64,000 nucleotides of DNA from Solirubrobacterales bacterium (GTDB lineage Bacteria > Actinomycetota > Thermoleophilia > Solirubrobacterales > 70-9), in contig JAGQUR010000012.1 in NCBI GenBank assembly GCA_020438395.1, positions 10,837 to 74,836 of the forward strand, written 5' to 3'. The position numbers and the translations under genes are program-made. Shown here in pieces: positions 61,180 to 64,000 of the stretch. Position 1 is the first letter of the stretch. The number at the start of each line of letters is the position of its first letter. The notes under the pieces were generated by a model, which saw only the letters and a program-made list of their open reading frames with translations, searched no databases and had not been told where the DNA came from.

Positions 61180-63123
61180 TCACGGTTCTACCGTGTGACG
61201 TGTTGTCTTACGAGCGGCGCGAACTCCGTTGCTGACCGCCAGGAGTTCCGCGATCTCGTGAACGGCGACTGCGATGACGACGCTCAGCAGGCCGACGACG
61301 GCGCTCGGTATGAGCACTGCAAGCAAGATGACACTGAAAATAAGGTTCTGCCGGGAGATGCGGGTTGCGCGTCGGCCGAGTTGGAGTGCCTCCGCGACCT
61401 TTGTTAGGTCATCGGCCAGCAGGGCAATGTCGGCGGCTTCAATGGCCGCGTCCGTGCCGCCGGTGCCTATGGCGATACCGACGTCCGCCGTCGCAAGCGC
61501 CGGGGCGTCATTGATTCCGTCGCCAACCATCGCCACGGAGCCGTGCTGCTCCTGGATCTGCTTGATCCTGGACACCTTGCCTTCAGGCTTGAGCTCGGCG
61601 AAGACCTGATCGAGACCCAGCCGCGCCGATATCGCCCGCGCCGTTCGTTCGTTGTCGCCGGTCAGCATCACGACATGGGCAACACCTAGACGTCGAAGCG
61701 CAACTATCGCCTGCGCCGCTTCGGGGCGAGGTTCGTCCCGAAGCGCGAGCAGCGTGCACGGTTCGCTGCCCACGCCGGCCACGATCACAGTCTCACCTTC
61801 GTCTTGCAGCTTCTCGACGATGTCAGGTAGTTCGCCCGATCCCATGCGCTCGATAGCCAAAGCCGGACTCCCGACCCAGGCCGTTCGGCCTTCCACAAGC
61901 GCGGTTGCTCCGTGCCCTACTAGGGCAGAGAATTCCTCAGCTGGACCGGGCTCGATTCCTGCCGTGCGGGCGTAAGCGACCACCGCCGCGGCCAATGGGT
62001 GTTCAGACCGCGCTTCGATAGACGCTGCGATCCGTAGCCCCTTGCTTTCGGCGACGTCGTTCAAGGCGACCACGTCGGTGACTTCGGGCTTGCCACGAGT
62101 GAGAGTTCCGGTCTTGTCGAACGCGACCGCATTGACCCGCCCGAGTGCTTCCAGTTGCAGGCCTCCCTTGATGAGAATTCCCTCCCGCCCTGCCCGGGTG
62201 ATAGCTGCGGCAGCCGCGACCGGCACGGACATAACGAGGGCACAAGGGGCGCCGGCCACCAGGACCGTTACGCCTCGCAGAGCCCATTCTTGCCAGTCGC
62301 CGTCCACGATGCCGCCGACGACGGCGACCAGCGCCGCACCCACCAAGACGGCCGGGCTGTATCGAGTCGCGAACCGGTCGACGAAGCGTTGTGCCTTCGA
62401 CTTCTGACCCTGCGCTTCCTCGACCAGATGAACGATGCGCCGGAGGGTGTTGTCGGCGTACGGCCTTGTGACCTCGATCTCGATCGAGCCGGTTCCGTTC
62501 ACCGAACCCGCGAACACCTCTTGTCCCGGATCCTTGGCAACTGGCATCGACTCTCCGGTCACGGGTGCTTCGTCAAGCGTCGAGTTGCCACTTCTAAGGA
62601 CACCGTCGGTCGGCAGAGCCTCTCCGGGCCGGACCATGAACAGGTCACCGACGACGAGATCTTCGGCCGGAATCATTTCTTCGCGTCCGTTGACGATTCG
62701 TCTCGCTTGCTTTGGGGCGAGATCGAGCAGATCCCGGATCGCCGACCGGGTCCGAACGAAGGTCAGTTCTTCAATCGCTTCAGCAAGGGAGTAGAGAAAA
62801 ACCAGTGCCGCCGCTTCTTCGAAAAGGCCGAAAACGAGACAGCCGGCAGCAGCGATCAGCATCAGTGCCTCGACGCCTATCTCGTGCTCCTCGACGAGTT
62901 CCTCCCACCCCTCCTGAGTGAAATACCAAGCCCCTATTGGGATCGCTACGAGGAACGCTGCGATCGCCAGCACTTCCGACGCGCCGGTGAACTCCAGGAC
63001 GAGGCCGACAACAAGAGCGATCCCGGCGAGCAGTGCGTTTCGAAGCGGCCCGAAACGAAATGCTGCCTCGCGCCAGCTCAGACCGGTCGCGGCCTCCGAG
63101 TTGCCGCAGTCGCAGGAACTCAC
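61180..63123 (-). CDS. P1B-type heavy-metal ATPase without N-terminal HMA domain; TM6 motif APC
   Basis: DKTGTLT, GDGINDAPAL, TGES, GAPCALVMSVP and AVHEIAELLAVSNG are present. GTG 63123 overlaps the regulator stop as GTGA. The ORF maximum is 63162. Confidence 0.85.
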   Translation of the reverse strand: MSSCDCGNSEAATGLSWREAAFRFGPLRNALLAGIALVVGLVLEFTGASEVLAIAAFLVAIPIGAWYFTQEGWEELVEEHEIGVEALMLIAAAGCLVFGLFEEAAALVFLYSLAEAIEELTFVRTRSAIRDLLDLAPKQARRIVNGREEMIPAEDLVVGDLFMVRPGEALPTDGVLRSGNSTLDEAPVTGESMPVAKDPGQEVFAGSVNGTGSIEIEVTRPYADNTLRRIVHLVEEAQGQKSKAQRFVDRFATRYSPAVLVGAALVAVVGGIVDGDWQEWALRGVTVLVAGAPCALVMSVPVAAAAAITRAGREGILIKGGLQLEALGRVNAVAFDKTGTLTRGKPEVTDVVALNDVAESKGLRIAASIEARSEHPLAAAVVAYARTAGIEPGPAEEFSALVGHGATALVEGRTAWVGSPALAIERMGSGELPDIVEKLQDEGETVIVAGVGSEPCTLLALRDEPRPEAAQAIVALRRLGVAHVVMLTGDNERTARAISARLGLDQVFAELKPEGKVSRIKQIQEQHGSVAMVGDGINDAPALATADVGIAIGTGGTDAAIEAADIALLADDLTKVAEALQLGRRATRISRQNLIFSVILLAVLIPSAVVGLLSVVIAVAVHEIAELLAVSNGVRAARKTTRHTVEP

Positions 63124-63461
63124 GCGGCCTGCCGCCGCCGGCCACGGCCGTAGTTCGGGCAAGACTCGATCCGATCCCCGGCACGATCAAGCAGAACGTC
63201 CGCAGTCCCTAGAAGCTCTTCAACGCTTTCGCCAAGCCGGTAGTGAACCTCCCGGCCCCGCCGTTCGCGCTCAGCAACCCCGCACTCCCAAAGGCAAGCC
63301 AGATGAGTTGATGCGTTCGGCTGGGAGATGCCAATCGCCGCAACAACATCGGTAACCCGGGCTGGTGAATTGGTCCGCAGGAACTCGACTATCCGCTGCC
63401 TAGTCGGGTCCGACAGGCCGTGAAACAGGATGGTTCTCAAGTCAACGACGTCCACAGTCAT
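63120..63461 (-). CDS. ArsR/SmtB-family metalloregulator, CmtR-like
   Basis: LFHGLSDPTRQRIVEFLRTNSPARVTDVVAAIGISQPNASTHLACLWECGVAERERRGREVHYRL is present, with a C-terminal Cys (IESCPNYG). ATG 63461 lies within a longer ORF-track frame. Confidence 0.85.
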   Translation of the reverse strand: MTVDVVDLRTILFHGLSDPTRQRIVEFLRTNSPARVTDVVAAIGISQPNASTHLACLWECGVAERERRGREVHYRLGESVEELLGTADVLLDRAGDRIESCPNYGRGRRRQAA

Positions 63462-63600
63462 ATTGACTGTAACAGATATAATTGACCGACACCAATGTGT
63501 TTCCCGCCGCTTTCGTTCCGCGATCACACGAAGTTCGCCTCGAAGGAAGCCACAGCCGACGACGAGCTTCGATGCCTCCAAGACCCGCAAGGTGAATGAA

Positions 63601-64000
63601 TCAGCGACGGCGGGTCTTGTCGGTTACGACCGGATCGAATGAAAGCTGTGCCGATTCCCCGGCCAGCACGGCCCACACATCGAAATCGGTGAGTGCCCAC
63701 GACCGCGCCTCGTGGTCATCAAACTCGAACGCCCGCTCCGCGATGAACCTCGCGATCTCCCTCGCCATCTCAAGGTCGGAAGCAGACACCTCGTCCTCGC
63801 CTAAATCCCCGGCAGGTGCTTCGACTGATCTCGTCTTCGGCTCGGGCTGGCCTCCATCGTCATCGTCCTCTCCCTCGGCCGGTGTCCAGCCAAGCATCTC
63901 TACCGTCGGATCCGGCTCCTTCGAGTTGGCCGGATGGATGGACACAGCCTCTGGGACCTCTCCGACGTCCTCGCCGGCTGCGATTCGTTTGTAGAGATCG
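63601..64000 (-). CDS. Acidic hypothetical protein, 5' end outside window
   Basis: The reading frame stays open to position 64000 (..DLYKRIAAGEDVGEVPEAVSIHPANS..). No family was recognised. Confidence 0.4.
   Translation of the reverse strand, partial: DLYKRIAAGEDVGEVPEAVSIHPANSKEPDPTVEMLGWTPAEGEDDDDGGQPEPKTRSVEAPAGDLGEDEVSASDLEMAREIARFIAERAFEFDDHEARSWALTDFDVWAVLAGESAQLSFDPVVTDKTRRR

Noticed and set aside
1-64000. CRISPR arrays, rRNA genes, IS elements/transposases and large tandem repeats.
   Set aside because: No regularly spaced direct repeats, no rRNA-like conserved blocks and no DDE/transposase-like ORFs or terminal inverted repeats were seen on reading the window. The search was by eye only.

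Overview
High-GC, actinobacterial-type DNA (NucS is present and stop/start overlaps are frequent). No rRNA genes, CRISPR arrays or transposases were seen.

Positions 1-25.1 kb look like core chromosome. They carry two CNNM/hemolysin-type transporters, secreted hydrolases (GH5, GH17-like, Cys-type sulfatase, SGNH, a 1350-aa S8 protease, a beta-helix protein) and DNA-repair genes (dinB with a LexA box, nucS, ung). Small-molecule enzymes are also present.

At 25.14 kb, a 3' tRNA remnant with no 5' half coincides with a visible drop in G+C. From there to the window end the DNA reads as one composite integrative/conjugative island of at least 39 kb, in four parts:
- Left arm (25.2-37.8 kb): copper and envelope genes. 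These are a CopA-like ATPase with an unusual CPD motif, copZ, a BlaI/CopY-BlaR1-like pair, lgt, DUF305 and two M23 peptidases.
- Core (37.96-52.5 kb): a tyrosine integrase carrying a C-terminal Mrr_N-like domain, followed by a roughly 14-gene transfer operon. The operon encodes an excisionase-like protein, a DNA methyltransferase, a replication-relaxation protein, T4CP, VirB4-like and TcpE/TcpC-like proteins. Every junction is an ATGA/GTGA/TGATG overlap.
- Regulatory module (52.5-56 kb): an island-encoded sigma-70-family factor plus three near-identical promoter-like motifs. One motif faces the transfer operon, one the sigma gene and one a secreted-protein pair.
- Right arm (56.1-63.5 kb): merA without a known Hg transporter, two CmtR-like ArsR regulators, ynfA, ccdA and an APC-motif P1B ATPase.

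The most notable candidate system is a predicted regulon. Seven CTAC-N5-GTAG (TACA/TGTA-type) palindromes sit upstream of six operons on both sides of the conjugation core. They match the BlaI/CopY operator class and the sensor-less BlaI-BlaR1 pair encoded at 31.7-33.1 kb.

All functional calls come from reading motifs in the translated ORFs, not from database searches.
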